A stretch of DNA of 64,000 nucleotides from contig JBIILG010000001.1 in the NCBI GenBank assembly GCA_044232805.1, positions 32,898-96,897 of the forward strand, given 5' to 3'. Positions 48,463-57,431 of this stretch are shown piece by piece; position 1 is the stretch's first letter; every line of letters begins with the position of its first letter. The notes beneath the pieces were generated by a model. It had not been told where the DNA came from and did no database searches. It saw only the letters and a list, made by a program, of their open reading frames with translations. A program made the translations under genes and the position numbers. The DNA is from Rhodoluna sp. Its GTDB lineage: Bacteria > Actinomycetota > Actinomycetes > Actinomycetales > Microbacteriaceae.

Positions 48463-49752
48463 GTGAACGACCAGACCGCTAATCTTGCGTGGCTCAGAGT
48501 TGGCAGGAAAACACTTGGGAGCTTGGATCTCGGGCTTCATTTGAATACAACTGTTTTCCTTGGACTTTACAAAGGTGAGCAATACATCAAGGAGCGCATT
48601 CAAGACCTGGAAGCGCAAACTTCCCAGGATTTCTATCTTGTCATGGTTGACAATTGCTCTCCTGGTTTCGATTTGAGTACTTTAAGTAACCTTCTTGAAT
48701 CATCCAAGAAATTTGCTAACCGATACAAACTTGTTCAAAACCCGATCAATTTGGGCGGACTCGGTTCGTTTCAGTTGAATCTGGATTTGGTGCCTACAGC
48801 CTGGATCACATTTTTTCACCAAGATGACAAATACCTCCCTAACCACGTTGAAAGTCACCTACAAGCAATAAAAAGCGGAAATGAATCGCTTAGCTCAGTG
48901 TCTACAGATCTAGGCTCACTTAATTCAGAAGGCAAGAAAGTTCCTGTGCCACCAAGGGCAAACTGGTTTATCGACAACAGCAGTGAACAAGCCACCTTTC
49001 TTGCCAATGTAGCTGAACAAGTTGTTCCATTTGCGTCACTGTCAATGCGCAAAGCAATTTTTGAAGCAGACCAAGTCGCGATGCACACCGTTGCTTTCTC
49101 TGACTCAGAACAAACACTCAAGAGCCTTATGCGAGGCGAGCATGAGTTTATAAAGAAGCAGACAGTCCTATACAGAGAAAACCCAATCAGCGAGTCCCAC
49201 ACCCAGGGAGCAAAAGTGAGGACCTTCTCGGCTACCATCGGTCTACTCAAGGTCTTTGCGTCTGATCTGTTTATTGATTACGCTCGCAAGATTTCATCTA
49301 ATGACCGCGGTCCATTCGTCGCAAAACTAGAAGACGCCATTCGACGTCGAATTCTTGACTCAGCTTTTGCCGATTTAGTTTGGACCACGGCCTTAGAGCA
49401 GCTAAATGTTGCCTGGCAGTACGAAGAACCAAACAGCACAACAGCTACACGGGATGTTTTCAATATTTTGGGCGAGTCATACACGCCAGACATTCTCAAC
49501 GCCATCCTCTCCCAATTAGACACCGCTAGTCACTATCAGAAGAAAACCACCGATGCTAAATCGCCGAACTCAATGGGAACAGGTAATAACTTAAGTGAAT
49601 CGACGCAAACAATAAAAAAAAGAAAGTGGACGCTTTTGTCTTTGTTGTATCAAGTAGTTGGTCGGTTGCCCTACTTTATGCGACGAAGAATTTTCAAGCT
49701 TTACAACTCGATGACCTCGAGGTCACAATCAAAACCCAAAGGGACCCTTTAG
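48463..49752 (+). CDS. GT2-like glycosyltransferase, divergent
   Basis: 429-aa ORF with VFLGLYKGEQYIKERIQDLEAQTSQDFYLVMVDNCS and FFHQDDKYLP, resembling GT2 motif order. The C-terminal half is unassigned. Confidence 0.5.
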   Translation: MNDQTANLAWLRVGRKTLGSLDLGLHLNTTVFLGLYKGEQYIKERIQDLEAQTSQDFYLVMVDNCSPGFDLSTLSNLLESSKKFANRYKLVQNPINLGGLGSFQLNLDLVPTAWITFFHQDDKYLPNHVESHLQAIKSGNESLSSVSTDLGSLNSEGKKVPVPPRANWFIDNSSEQATFLANVAEQVVPFASLSMRKAIFEADQVAMHTVAFSDSEQTLKSLMRGEHEFIKKQTVLYRENPISESHTQGAKVRTFSATIGLLKVFASDLFIDYARKISSNDRGPFVAKLEDAIRRRILDSAFADLVWTTALEQLNVAWQYEEPNSTTATRDVFNILGESYTPDILNAILSQLDTASHYQKKTTDAKSPNSMGTGNNLSESTQTIKKRKWTLLSLLYQVVGRLPYFMRRRIFKLYNSMTSRSQSKPKGTL

Positions 49753-49755
49753 ATA

Positions 49756-50745
49756 GTGGGAAACTCGTTCAAGACGATAATGCCCCTAGGTCCAAATAGT
49801 GGCACAACAACTAAGCCAGATGATGAGAGCTTTGCGAAATTCGTGCAGTCTCTTGGTCGAAATCCACCAGAAGGCAGCGAACCAGGTGTTTATGTCTTTC
49901 TGGATTTTGACAACGACCCATCCGAGAAATTGCCAAAGAACGATGTGAGAGCACCTGCTGTATTGATTCGGCAAGAACCAAGTGTTGTTAGGCCGCAAAA
50001 CTATAGAACTGATTACCTAAAACACATGAGCATTGTGATTGATGTTGGCCGATCCCCCTTTGCGTCAAAGTCCAGAATTAACTGGCCGCAACGTTGGACC
50101 TTAGAACACCTAGTCTCACCCAAGATCGCCAGCAGTGAAAGAATCGATCGTTTTGCAATAATTAACGCCAACAAAATGAGCTTCGCTAAAGGAGAGCTTT
50201 ACACCCTCCGCAGAATCGCCGCTCAGAACTCCACAGACATAGATGTCTGGGGTTTTGATTGGGACATGCCTTGGTTTAGGAGAGCCACTAAGGCTTTCGA
50301 GGAGTTATTGATTCCCCTAAAACATGGTTTTGGAATCAAACCAGCTGCGATCAATGGCTGGTTTAAATCGCCTCTCTCATTTAAGGGCACCAGCAAGGAC
50401 AAGCTTTCCACCCTGGCTTCTTATAAGTACGCGCTGGTGATTGAAAACAGCATCGAGTACATGTCAGAAAAACTCTTTGATTCTTTGTTTGCCGGTACTT
50501 TTCCCATCTACGTGGGCCCAAATCCAGTTGATTTTGGAATACCTGAATTTGTCTCCATTCACTCAAAGCCCGACATCAATTCGATAATGAAGGCGATTGA
50601 GCAAGCTAGGACAATCGACTTGGAATCTTGGAGAACCTCGGTTCTCGCCTGGCTAAAGTCTGACGGTGTTGAAGAGGCTTGGTCGGGGCCATTTGTGACT
50701 CAGCAAATTATTGACAGAATCGATGAGTCTCTGCGCCCTCTTTAA
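49756..50745 (+). CDS. GT10-like glycosyltransferase (alpha-1,3/4-fucosyltransferase family C-terminal motif)
   Basis: 329-aa ORF. KYALVIENSIEYMSEKLFDSLFAGTFPIYVGP matches the GT10 signature (K[FY]xLxxEN...[YV]x[ST]EK...PIYxG) seen in Helicobacter FutA. Confidence 0.6.
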   Translation: MGNSFKTIMPLGPNSGTTTKPDDESFAKFVQSLGRNPPEGSEPGVYVFLDFDNDPSEKLPKNDVRAPAVLIRQEPSVVRPQNYRTDYLKHMSIVIDVGRSPFASKSRINWPQRWTLEHLVSPKIASSERIDRFAIINANKMSFAKGELYTLRRIAAQNSTDIDVWGFDWDMPWFRRATKAFEELLIPLKHGFGIKPAAINGWFKSPLSFKGTSKDKLSTLASYKYALVIENSIEYMSEKLFDSLFAGTFPIYVGPNPVDFGIPEFVSIHSKPDINSIMKAIEQARTIDLESWRTSVLAWLKSDGVEEAWSGPFVTQQIIDRIDESLRPL

Positions 50746-50772
50746 GTGGCGACCATGGGGGGATGGGCGAGT

Positions 50773-50956
50773 TTTTACACATCTATAGACCCTCAGGGGG
50801 GTCTTTAGACTTTCAGCCATATTTGTTTTCCACATCCAGTGCCCAACAGATCACTAAGCAGCGGGTCTTCTAGCCCATATTTACCCACAGCTGTCTCCAC
50901 AGGTAAAGGGCAGTTATTAGAGTGTTTCCCCAGGTTTATCCACAGCTTTATACACA
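50773..50956 (+). promoter_or_regulatory. Cluster of six co-oriented DnaA-box-like 9-mers upstream of dnaB
   Basis: Compared with TTATCCACA: TTTTACACA at 50773 (2 mismatches), TTTTCCACA at 50826 (1), TTACCCACA at 50881 (1), GTCTCCACA at 50893 (2), TTATCCACA at 50936 (0) and TTATACACA at 50948 (1). Confidence 0.55.
50787..50804 (+). terminator. Possible weak intrinsic terminator after the GT10-like gene
   Basis: AGACCC-tcaggg-GGGTCT hairpin followed by ttagacttt. The stem is short and the U tract is poor. Confidence 0.3.
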
Positions 50957-51053
50957 CCGTGGCTTTATCGATAGTTGTCAGTGGTGGATGCTAGACAAGT
51001 CAGTAAGCGCAAGCTTTTTACCCGAAAAACTCATTTCCATTCAGGAGCACTAA

Positions 51054-52409
51054 ATGTCATTGGCGCCAGTACTTCCGGTTGAACCCGGGCGCTCAACTGA
51101 CCGAGTCTTGCCGCACGATCTTCTCGCAGAACAAAGCACTTTGGGTGCGATGCTTCTTTCCCAGGAAGCAGTAGCGGAAGTTTTTGAACATATCCGCGGA
51201 AATGATTTCTACGCACCAAAACACCAGATTGTTTTTGATGCATTGCTAACTCTTTACGGAATGGGTGAACCAACCGACGTCATTACCGTTACTGATCAAT
51301 TAGTAAAAACTGGAACCCTAGTGCGGGCAGGTGGTGCTGACTACCTTCACACACTTACTAGCACTGTTCCGACTGCAGCAAACGCAGCCTTCTACGCAAA
51401 AATTGTTCAGGAAAAAGCAACATTACGAAGACTGGTTGAAGTTGGAACAAGAATTGCACAGCTTGGCTACGCCAACGAAGGTGAAGTCGAATCCCTTGTA
51501 AACCAAGCGCAGGAAGACGTTTATTCAGTGACTCGCACTGGCTCTAGCGAAGACTTCGTTGCACTCAATGACTCCATAGAAGCGGCCATTGCTGAAATTG
51601 AAGCAGCGTCTGCCAAAGACGGAGATCTAGTAGGCGTGCCAACTGGTTTTACAGAACTCGACGCACTAACAAATGGTTTGCACCCAGGACAACTAATTAT
51701 TGTTGCTGCACGACCTGCGATGGGTAAGTCGACATTTGCTCTTGACCTAGCTCGCAACGCGGCCATCAAGTGTGACAAGCCAACACTTTTCTTCTCTCTG
51801 GAAATGGGTCGTGCAGAAATTGCCATGAGAATGCTTTCTGCAGAATCGATGATTCCATTGCAGTCGATGCGTAAAGGAAACATCGCAGACAGCGACTGGA
51901 CCAAGTTGGCGCAGGTCCGTGGCAACATCAACGACGCGCCCCTTTACATTGACGATTCACCAAACATGACTCTTGCCGAAATTCGTGCGAAGTGTCGAAG
52001 ACTTGCAGGGCGAGTTGGGTTGAAGATGGTGATCATCGACTACTTGCAGCTACTTACCTCTGGAAAGAAAGTTGAATCCAGACAGCAAGAAGTTAGTGAG
52101 TTCTCTCGTGCTCTAAAGCTGCTTTCTAAAGAACTAGGTATTCCAGTTGTCGCTCTGTCACAGCTGAACCGTCAAGCAGAGCAGACAAAGGATAAGAAGC
52201 CAGAACTTTCTCACCTTCGTGAATCCGGATCGCTGGAACAAGATGCCGACGTCGTTGTGTTGCTTCACCGTGAAGCAGCAGGTGACAGCGATCACCCAAG
52301 AGCGGGAGAAGCAGACCTTATTTTGGCCAAGCAGCGCTCGGGTCCTACCGGAACAGTGGTTGTTGCCTTCCAGGGTAACTACTCGCGCTTTGTAAACATG
52401 AAGAACTAG
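51054..52409 (+). CDS. dnaB: Replicative DNA helicase DnaB (no intein)
   Basis: 451-aa ORF with LPHDLLAEQSTLGAML, Walker A ARPAMGKSTFALD, IIDYLQL and SQLNRQ. Confidence 0.95.
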   Translation: MSLAPVLPVEPGRSTDRVLPHDLLAEQSTLGAMLLSQEAVAEVFEHIRGNDFYAPKHQIVFDALLTLYGMGEPTDVITVTDQLVKTGTLVRAGGADYLHTLTSTVPTAANAAFYAKIVQEKATLRRLVEVGTRIAQLGYANEGEVESLVNQAQEDVYSVTRTGSSEDFVALNDSIEAAIAEIEAASAKDGDLVGVPTGFTELDALTNGLHPGQLIIVAARPAMGKSTFALDLARNAAIKCDKPTLFFSLEMGRAEIAMRMLSAESMIPLQSMRKGNIADSDWTKLAQVRGNINDAPLYIDDSPNMTLAEIRAKCRRLAGRVGLKMVIIDYLQLLTSGKKVESRQQEVSEFSRALKLLSKELGIPVVALSQLNRQAEQTKDKKPELSHLRESGSLEQDADVVVLLHREAAGDSDHPRAGEADLILAKQRSGPTGTVVVAFQGNYSRFVNMKN

Positions 52410-52422
52410 CAAGAATTTAGCC

Positions 52423-52935
52423 TTGCAAAAAGTTCCTGGCGTAAGAGCTGCAATCTTTGTTGCAGTTGGACTACTTATTACATTCACTCAGTCGCACTCA
52501 GCGGCAACAGGCTTATTTTCCTTAGCTATTTTTGGAATTGGATTAGCGGTAGTCAACATTGCGTCAACCATCTGGGACAAAAGAAATTACCTATCGGTCG
52601 ATTCACTTCCCCTGACGCTGATATCCCTGGCAGCTGGTTTATTTGCAGCGCTAATCCCCCAGACTGATCCAACAGCTGAAGCGTTAGCGTTTGTCTATTT
52701 GGTAGCTGGTTGGGCAGTTGTGTCTGGAGCGCTCGAGCTTTATCTTGCGAATCGAAGTGGCTTTAGAACTCGTGCCGGCAAAGACGGCTTAATCACTGCA
52801 GTTCTTGGCTTAGCTATTGGATTGCTTTTTCTGATTGCACCACTAGACATCGTTAGCGCTGTTGGTTTCTTTGGAGCCTATTTAGTTATCTGCGGTGTGC
52901 ATTTAGGCATTGCTGCTCTAACCCCACAGAAATAG
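52423..52935 (+). CDS. Integral membrane protein (DUF308/HdeD-like, about 6 TM)
   Basis: 170-aa ORF (TTG start) made of repeated hydrophobic helix pairs. The family assignment is tentative. Confidence 0.5.
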   Translation: MQKVPGVRAAIFVAVGLLITFTQSHSAATGLFSLAIFGIGLAVVNIASTIWDKRNYLSVDSLPLTLISLAAGLFAALIPQTDPTAEALAFVYLVAGWAVVSGALELYLANRSGFRTRAGKDGLITAVLGLAIGLLFLIAPLDIVSAVGFFGAYLVICGVHLGIAALTPQK

Positions 52936-52950
52936 CTTTAGGCTTGGATC

Positions 52951-53163
52951 ATGCCCAAAAAACTATCTGCTTCAACGTTTCTGACCCTGTCTGCAGTAGC
53001 TGCAGCTTTCGTTGGTGTTTTGGTATTTTTTGGAGTCAGAAAAGTTGACATGGCTCTAATAGCGTCCGGAGTAACTTTTATTGTTTCTTTGGTTGGAATA
53101 GCAACCCTGGCCCTTATGGTTCCGGAGCAAAACAACGATCCGGATAAGCCCGTTCTTCGTTAG
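52951..53163 (+). CDS. Small membrane protein (2 TM)
   Basis: 70-aa ORF with two hydrophobic helices and a polar C-terminus. Its stop overlaps the purB stop convergently. Confidence 0.4.
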   Translation: MPKKLSASTFLTLSAVAAAFVGVLVFFGVRKVDMALIASGVTFIVSLVGIATLALMVPEQNNDPDKPVLR

Positions 53164-54557
53164 ATCGACTCAGCCAATTTCTTAGCAAGCCCCGTGTAAT
53201 CCTTCGGGGACAAGGAAAGCAATCTATCTTTTGATGCCTGAGGGATGTCTAGCTTCAAAACGAAATCAGCCAGGTCTTCACGCGTAAGTCTTTTACCTCG
53301 ACTCAGGTCTTTTAGTAGTTCGTAGGGATTCGTGATATCTGACTTACCGCTTGCAACATCAGCTCGAATAACTGTCTGAATAGCCTCGGCTAAAACTTCC
53401 CAGTTATCTGCCAAGTCGGCAGCGATTGCTGCGTCAGCCACCTTGATTTCCCCTAGGCCTTTATGAATGTTATCTATTGCAACTAGTGAGTGACCAAAGC
53501 CAACCCCAATGTTTCTTTGGGCCGAGGAGTCAGACAAATCTCTTTGCATCCGTGAGGTGACCAAGGTCTGGGCCAGGTTGTCTAGTACGGCGTTAGATAG
53601 CTCCAAGTTGGCCTCTGCGTTTTCAAACCTGATCGGGTTTATTTTGTGAGGCATGGTCGAAGAACCGGTTGCGCCCTTAACGGGTATCTGGGTGAAGTAT
53701 CCGATGGAGATGTAACTCCAGATGTCGGTAGCTAAGTTGTGCAAGATTCTGTTGAAGTGAGTAACACCCTGGTAAAGCTCTGCTTGCCAGTCATGCGATT
53801 CAATCTGGGTGGTTAGTGGGTTGAATTCGAGACCGAGTGACTCGACAAACTTCTTTGCAAATGCTTGCCAGTCAAAATCAGGCACCGCAACCATATGTGC
53901 AGAGTAGGTTCCAGTAGCGCCAGAGAATTTGCCAAGGTAGCTGGTTTTTTCAATGCGAGAGATTTGTCTTTGGAGCCTGTGAACAAACACCGCCATTTCT
54001 TTACCCATGGTGGTTGGCGTTGCTGGCTGGCCATGTGTTCTAGAAAGCATCGAGACGCCAGCCGAGGACTTAGCTAGTTGGGAAAGCTCCTGAACAACTG
54101 CTTTAGCTTTTGGTAGCCAGACCGTGTTTACGGCTTCCTTGATGGTCAAAGCGTAGGAGAGATTATTGATGTCTTCGCTGGTTGCCGCGAAGTGAGTTAG
54201 CTCGTGTAAGTCTTCACGATCTAGTTTGGTGAGCTTATCTCTAACGAAGTACTCGACTGCTTTAACGTCGTGTTTGGTTGTGGCTTCAATGGAGGCTAGT
54301 GCCTTGACATCTTCGTCACTAAAGTCTTCAAAAGTATTTCTTAGAACTTTGGATTGTTCTTCAGTGACATACCTGTCACGACCAAAGATATCGGATTTTG
54401 CAAGCAACAAGAGCCATTCAATTTCGACTTGCACCCTGGCGCGGTTTAGACCGGCTTCGGATAGCAAGAGTGAAAGCCCAGAAACAGCCGGTGCATAACG
54501 ACCGTCTAGCGGGCTAATTGGCTGCGAAGAAAGGCTCACCAAACTATTCTGGCGCAT
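53160..54557 (-). CDS. purB: Adenylosuccinate lyase
   Basis: 465-aa ORF with SPLDGRY near the N-terminus, TSEDINN and the fumarate-lyase signature region GSSTMPHKINP. Confidence 0.93.
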   Translation of the reverse strand: MRQNSLVSLSSQPISPLDGRYAPAVSGLSLLLSEAGLNRARVQVEIEWLLLLAKSDIFGRDRYVTEEQSKVLRNTFEDFSDEDVKALASIEATTKHDVKAVEYFVRDKLTKLDREDLHELTHFAATSEDINNLSYALTIKEAVNTVWLPKAKAVVQELSQLAKSSAGVSMLSRTHGQPATPTTMGKEMAVFVHRLQRQISRIEKTSYLGKFSGATGTYSAHMVAVPDFDWQAFAKKFVESLGLEFNPLTTQIESHDWQAELYQGVTHFNRILHNLATDIWSYISIGYFTQIPVKGATGSSTMPHKINPIRFENAEANLELSNAVLDNLAQTLVTSRMQRDLSDSSAQRNIGVGFGHSLVAIDNIHKGLGEIKVADAAIAADLADNWEVLAEAIQTVIRADVASGKSDITNPYELLKDLSRGKRLTREDLADFVLKLDIPQASKDRLLSLSPKDYTGLAKKLAESI

Positions 54558-54639
54558 CGAGGGCCGTTATTGCCTTCGGGCTTTCAACAATTTGCAAATT
54601 TGATGCCAAAAATCTAATCAAACAGCGCAGAGTATTTGC

Positions 54640-54801
54640 GTGGATCAGATTCAGTTTCAAATTGAGCAAAGCCTCTATCGAATTAGGCTTGCCAAGCCTG
54701 AGCCTGGCTACTGGTCTGGAGCAGCTGCCATTTTTCTTACCTCGCAGCTGGCAGCTCTAGAGTCTGAACTAATTGCCCTAGGGCAATCCCTGAGCTGGTG
54801 A
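54640..54801 (+). CDS. Unannotated 53-aa ORF, predicted helical hairpin with a central W-S-G turn, translationally coupled to the hydrolase gene
   Basis: Hand translation from GTG 54640 gives VDQIQFQIEQSLYRIRLAKPEPGYWSGAAAIFLTSQLAALESELIALGQSLSW*. The stop TGA (54799-54801) overlaps the GTG start (54798-54800) of the next gene as GTGA. It is too short for the ORF track, and the SD is weak. Confidence 0.4.
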   Translation: MDQIQFQIEQSLYRIRLAKPEPGYWSGAAAIFLTSQLAALESELIALGQSLSW

Positions 54802-55856
54802 GCATCGATAGCTACGGGGGAAATCCAGACATTGTCGCTACTCGCGAAGAAATACAACGTGTTGCTTTCGAGATAAAACTTGCAGCGGAGCAACTAGCTG
54901 CCTTTAGCTCGATCGAATCGTTGTTGTTGAACCCACTTCGACAGTTACAGTATCGAGCGGCAACAGTGAACGTGCTTGCCAAACTAGAGCGCCTTCACAG
55001 TAATTGCCTGGTCGCCTCCGAACAGTACTTCTCGACCGAGGCTCAAATCCATAGGCGATTTGAAATTCACTTTGTTCCAGCCCTTGCGGGAATCGCCACC
55101 AACATCGCCACAACTTTCGGTTGGAAATTAGACCACTCGGTTTCTGCAACCAAGACGGGCACCGTCGCCACCCGTTCCCCAAATTCGATTACGCAACTAC
55201 TAGACCGCTTGTCGCAGGTGTCATCAAAAAAGCAACCTACGGTTGGCATTGACTTCTTCCAAACAGCGGATCAAAGAACCGCAATTGTTTACATTCCTGG
55301 CACACAAACCCTAGGCCTTGGAGATGGGTCAAATCCGCTTGATCTGCAGTCCAACATTTTGGCAATGCAGGGTAACGGTTTGGCAGCTAGCGAGCGGGCA
55401 GTGTTGGAGGCGATGAACCAAGCAGGAATTGCGGAAACCGACGAGGTGATATTTGTTGGTCACTCACAAGGAGGCATGGTGGCGGGCAATCTAGCTCAGC
55501 ACCCAGCCGATTACATAACCGCTGGTTTGGTAACTATCGGCGCTCCGATTGCGCAATTGAAATTAACCAAGGTTCCGGTGATGGCAATCGAGCATGTGAA
55601 TGACCCAATCCCAAATGTTTCCGGGAAAGTAAATCCACTAACTAAAAACTGGGTGACTATTCAACGCACTTCACAGGCTTTGGAATCAGATGCCCCGATG
55701 CATTCTCATTCTTTGAAAAGTTACAAGAACACAACTCAAGAAGTGGACGCGTCGAAAAATAAGGGGATTTTGAACATCAAGCAGCAGCTACTGTCTCAGG
55801 TGCAGGGGGCGCCTGTTGGAAAGGCAATGGACTTCGTTATTGCTAGAGAATTCTAA
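54798..55856 (+). CDS. Alpha/beta hydrolase (lipase/esterase-type GHSQGG nucleophile elbow) with a helical N-terminal domain of about 110 aa
   Basis: 352-aa ORF (GTG start). The N-terminal region is helix-rich (EEIQRVAFEIKLAAEQLAAF...LAKLERLHS...EQYFSTEAQI). The C-terminal domain has IVYIPGT, VGHSQGGMVAG, and later D and H residues. Confidence 0.7.
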   Translation: MSIDSYGGNPDIVATREEIQRVAFEIKLAAEQLAAFSSIESLLLNPLRQLQYRAATVNVLAKLERLHSNCLVASEQYFSTEAQIHRRFEIHFVPALAGIATNIATTFGWKLDHSVSATKTGTVATRSPNSITQLLDRLSQVSSKKQPTVGIDFFQTADQRTAIVYIPGTQTLGLGDGSNPLDLQSNILAMQGNGLAASERAVLEAMNQAGIAETDEVIFVGHSQGGMVAGNLAQHPADYITAGLVTIGAPIAQLKLTKVPVMAIEHVNDPIPNVSGKVNPLTKNWVTIQRTSQALESDAPMHSHSLKSYKNTTQEVDASKNKGILNIKQQLLSQVQGAPVGKAMDFVIAREF

Positions 55857-56268
55857 GAATCTTGAAAATCCAGCGACCAATTAGGGAAGCAATCGAAATG
55901 ATTACCGCACCCAAGATTGCCCAACCCATGGACTCAATCGTTAGACCTTCAGAAGTGAAGCCATCGATTGTGAAGATGTCGGATCCAATCTGAGATGAAA
56001 GCCAGGCAACAAACAGAAGAAGCGCTCCATTGATAACAAATGAGATCAGACCAAAAGTAAGAATGTAAAGCGGGAACGTCAGCACTTTGATAATCGGTGC
56101 GATTATCGCGTTCACTAAACCAAAGATCGCTCCAACAAGTAAGAAGGAACCAATTCGCTGCCAGAGCCCTTCACCACCGTAAGGGGTGAGAGTTATGGCT
56201 GGAATAAGGATTGTTGCAACCCATAGAGCTAGCGCGTTTATTGAGGTGGAGACAAAGAAACGAATCAT
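55843..56268 (-). CDS. Four-TM membrane protein of the so-called phage holin family IV (PF04020-like)
   Basis: 141-aa ORF with MIRFFVSTSINALALWVATILIP and four hydrophobic helices, the architecture typical of actinobacterial proteins annotated as phage holin family protein. Confidence 0.6.
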   Translation of the reverse strand: MIRFFVSTSINALALWVATILIPAITLTPYGGEGLWQRIGSFLLVGAIFGLVNAIIAPIIKVLTFPLYILTFGLISFVINGALLLFVAWLSSQIGSDIFTIDGFTSEGLTIESMGWAILGAVIISIASLIGRWIFKILRIL

Positions 56269-56306
56269 TTTTCTATTGTCGCAGCATTAGAGCTAAATTA
56301 GAGCCT

Positions 56307-57431
56307 GTGACTACCTCGGCGGGCCGCGTGCCACAAGTTCAGATGCTGTCTCCGGATGGCGTGTTTGAGGTGCCTAGCGAATACGCACACTATGGCAAAT
56401 ACATTGAAAAGCTAACCCTCGACGACTTTTTGAAGTTCTATCGCGACATGGCGAGAATTCGTCGCTTTGATAACGAGTGCACCGCATTACAACGCCAAGG
56501 CCAAATGGGTCTCTGGGTTCCAGCAGTGGGTCAAGAAGCCGCTCAAATCGGTTCAGGCTACGCCGTTGGCAAGAACGATCACATGTTTCCTAGCTACCGA
56601 GAGCACGGGGTGGCAATAACCCACGGAATTGATTTGATGTCGATCATCAAGATGATGCGCGGTGTGAATCACGGTGGTTGGAATCCCGAAGAAACTAGAT
56701 TTCATCTTTATGCAATCGTTCTAGGAACTCAGGTGCTGCACGCAGCCGGTTATGCGATGGGAGTCAACTTCGATGGCAATGTTGGAACTGGTGACCCGGA
56801 GGTTGACCAAGCAGTAATTACTTACTTTGGTGATGGTGCTACCGCTGAGGGTGACGTGAGCGAAGCCCTCTTGTTTGCCGCAGTCAACAAATCGCCATTG
56901 GTTTTCTTTTGTCAGAACAATCAGTGGGCAATTAGCTCGCCAGTATCTGCCCAAACGGTAGTTCCTCTATATCTTCGAGGTGAAGGCTTTGGGGTTCCTG
57001 GAATCCAAGTTGACGGCAATGACGTTTTGGCTTGTTACGCGGTAACCGCCAAACACATGGATGATGCCAGAAATGGACTCGGCCCATCACTTATCGAGGC
57101 ACTGACCTACCGAGTAGGAGCGCACACCACCAGCGATGATCCTTCGAAGTACCGACCTCAAGAAGAAACTGACTACTGGATTGCCCGAGACCCAATAACC
57201 CGATTTGAGAAGTTCCTTCGCCGCCAAGGTGTCGGCGACGAGTTCTTCCAAGAGGTTGCTCAAGCCGGCGATGATCTAGCGACTCAAATTCGGGAAGCTA
57301 CCTTTGCTATGCCTAACCCTCCTTTGGAGAACATCTTCAAGCACGTCTATACCGATCCGCACCCTCTGGTTCAAGAACAGCAGGCCTGGCTTGAAAACTA
57401 CGAATCTTCTTTCGAGGAGGATTCCAAATGA
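56307..57431 (+). CDS. 2-oxoacid (pyruvate/branched-chain) dehydrogenase E1 component alpha subunit
   Basis: It has the TPP-binding motif YFGDGATAEGD...NNQWAIS. The start is placed at GTG 56307 (ATG 56343 is an alternative), because track start 56211 overlaps the convergent membrane protein gene. Confidence 0.88.
   Translation: MTTSAGRVPQVQMLSPDGVFEVPSEYAHYGKYIEKLTLDDFLKFYRDMARIRRFDNECTALQRQGQMGLWVPAVGQEAAQIGSGYAVGKNDHMFPSYREHGVAITHGIDLMSIIKMMRGVNHGGWNPEETRFHLYAIVLGTQVLHAAGYAMGVNFDGNVGTGDPEVDQAVITYFGDGATAEGDVSEALLFAAVNKSPLVFFCQNNQWAISSPVSAQTVVPLYLRGEGFGVPGIQVDGNDVLACYAVTAKHMDDARNGLGPSLIEALTYRVGAHTTSDDPSKYRPQEETDYWIARDPITRFEKFLRRQGVGDEFFQEVAQAGDDLATQIREATFAMPNPPLENIFKHVYTDPHPLVQEQQAWLENYESSFEEDSK

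Noticed and set aside
55843-56268. The holin-family gene as an indicator of a prophage or lysis cassette
   Set aside because: There are no endolysin, terminase, capsid, integrase or other phage genes nearby. This four-TM family is widespread as a chromosomal housekeeping-context gene in actinobacteria.
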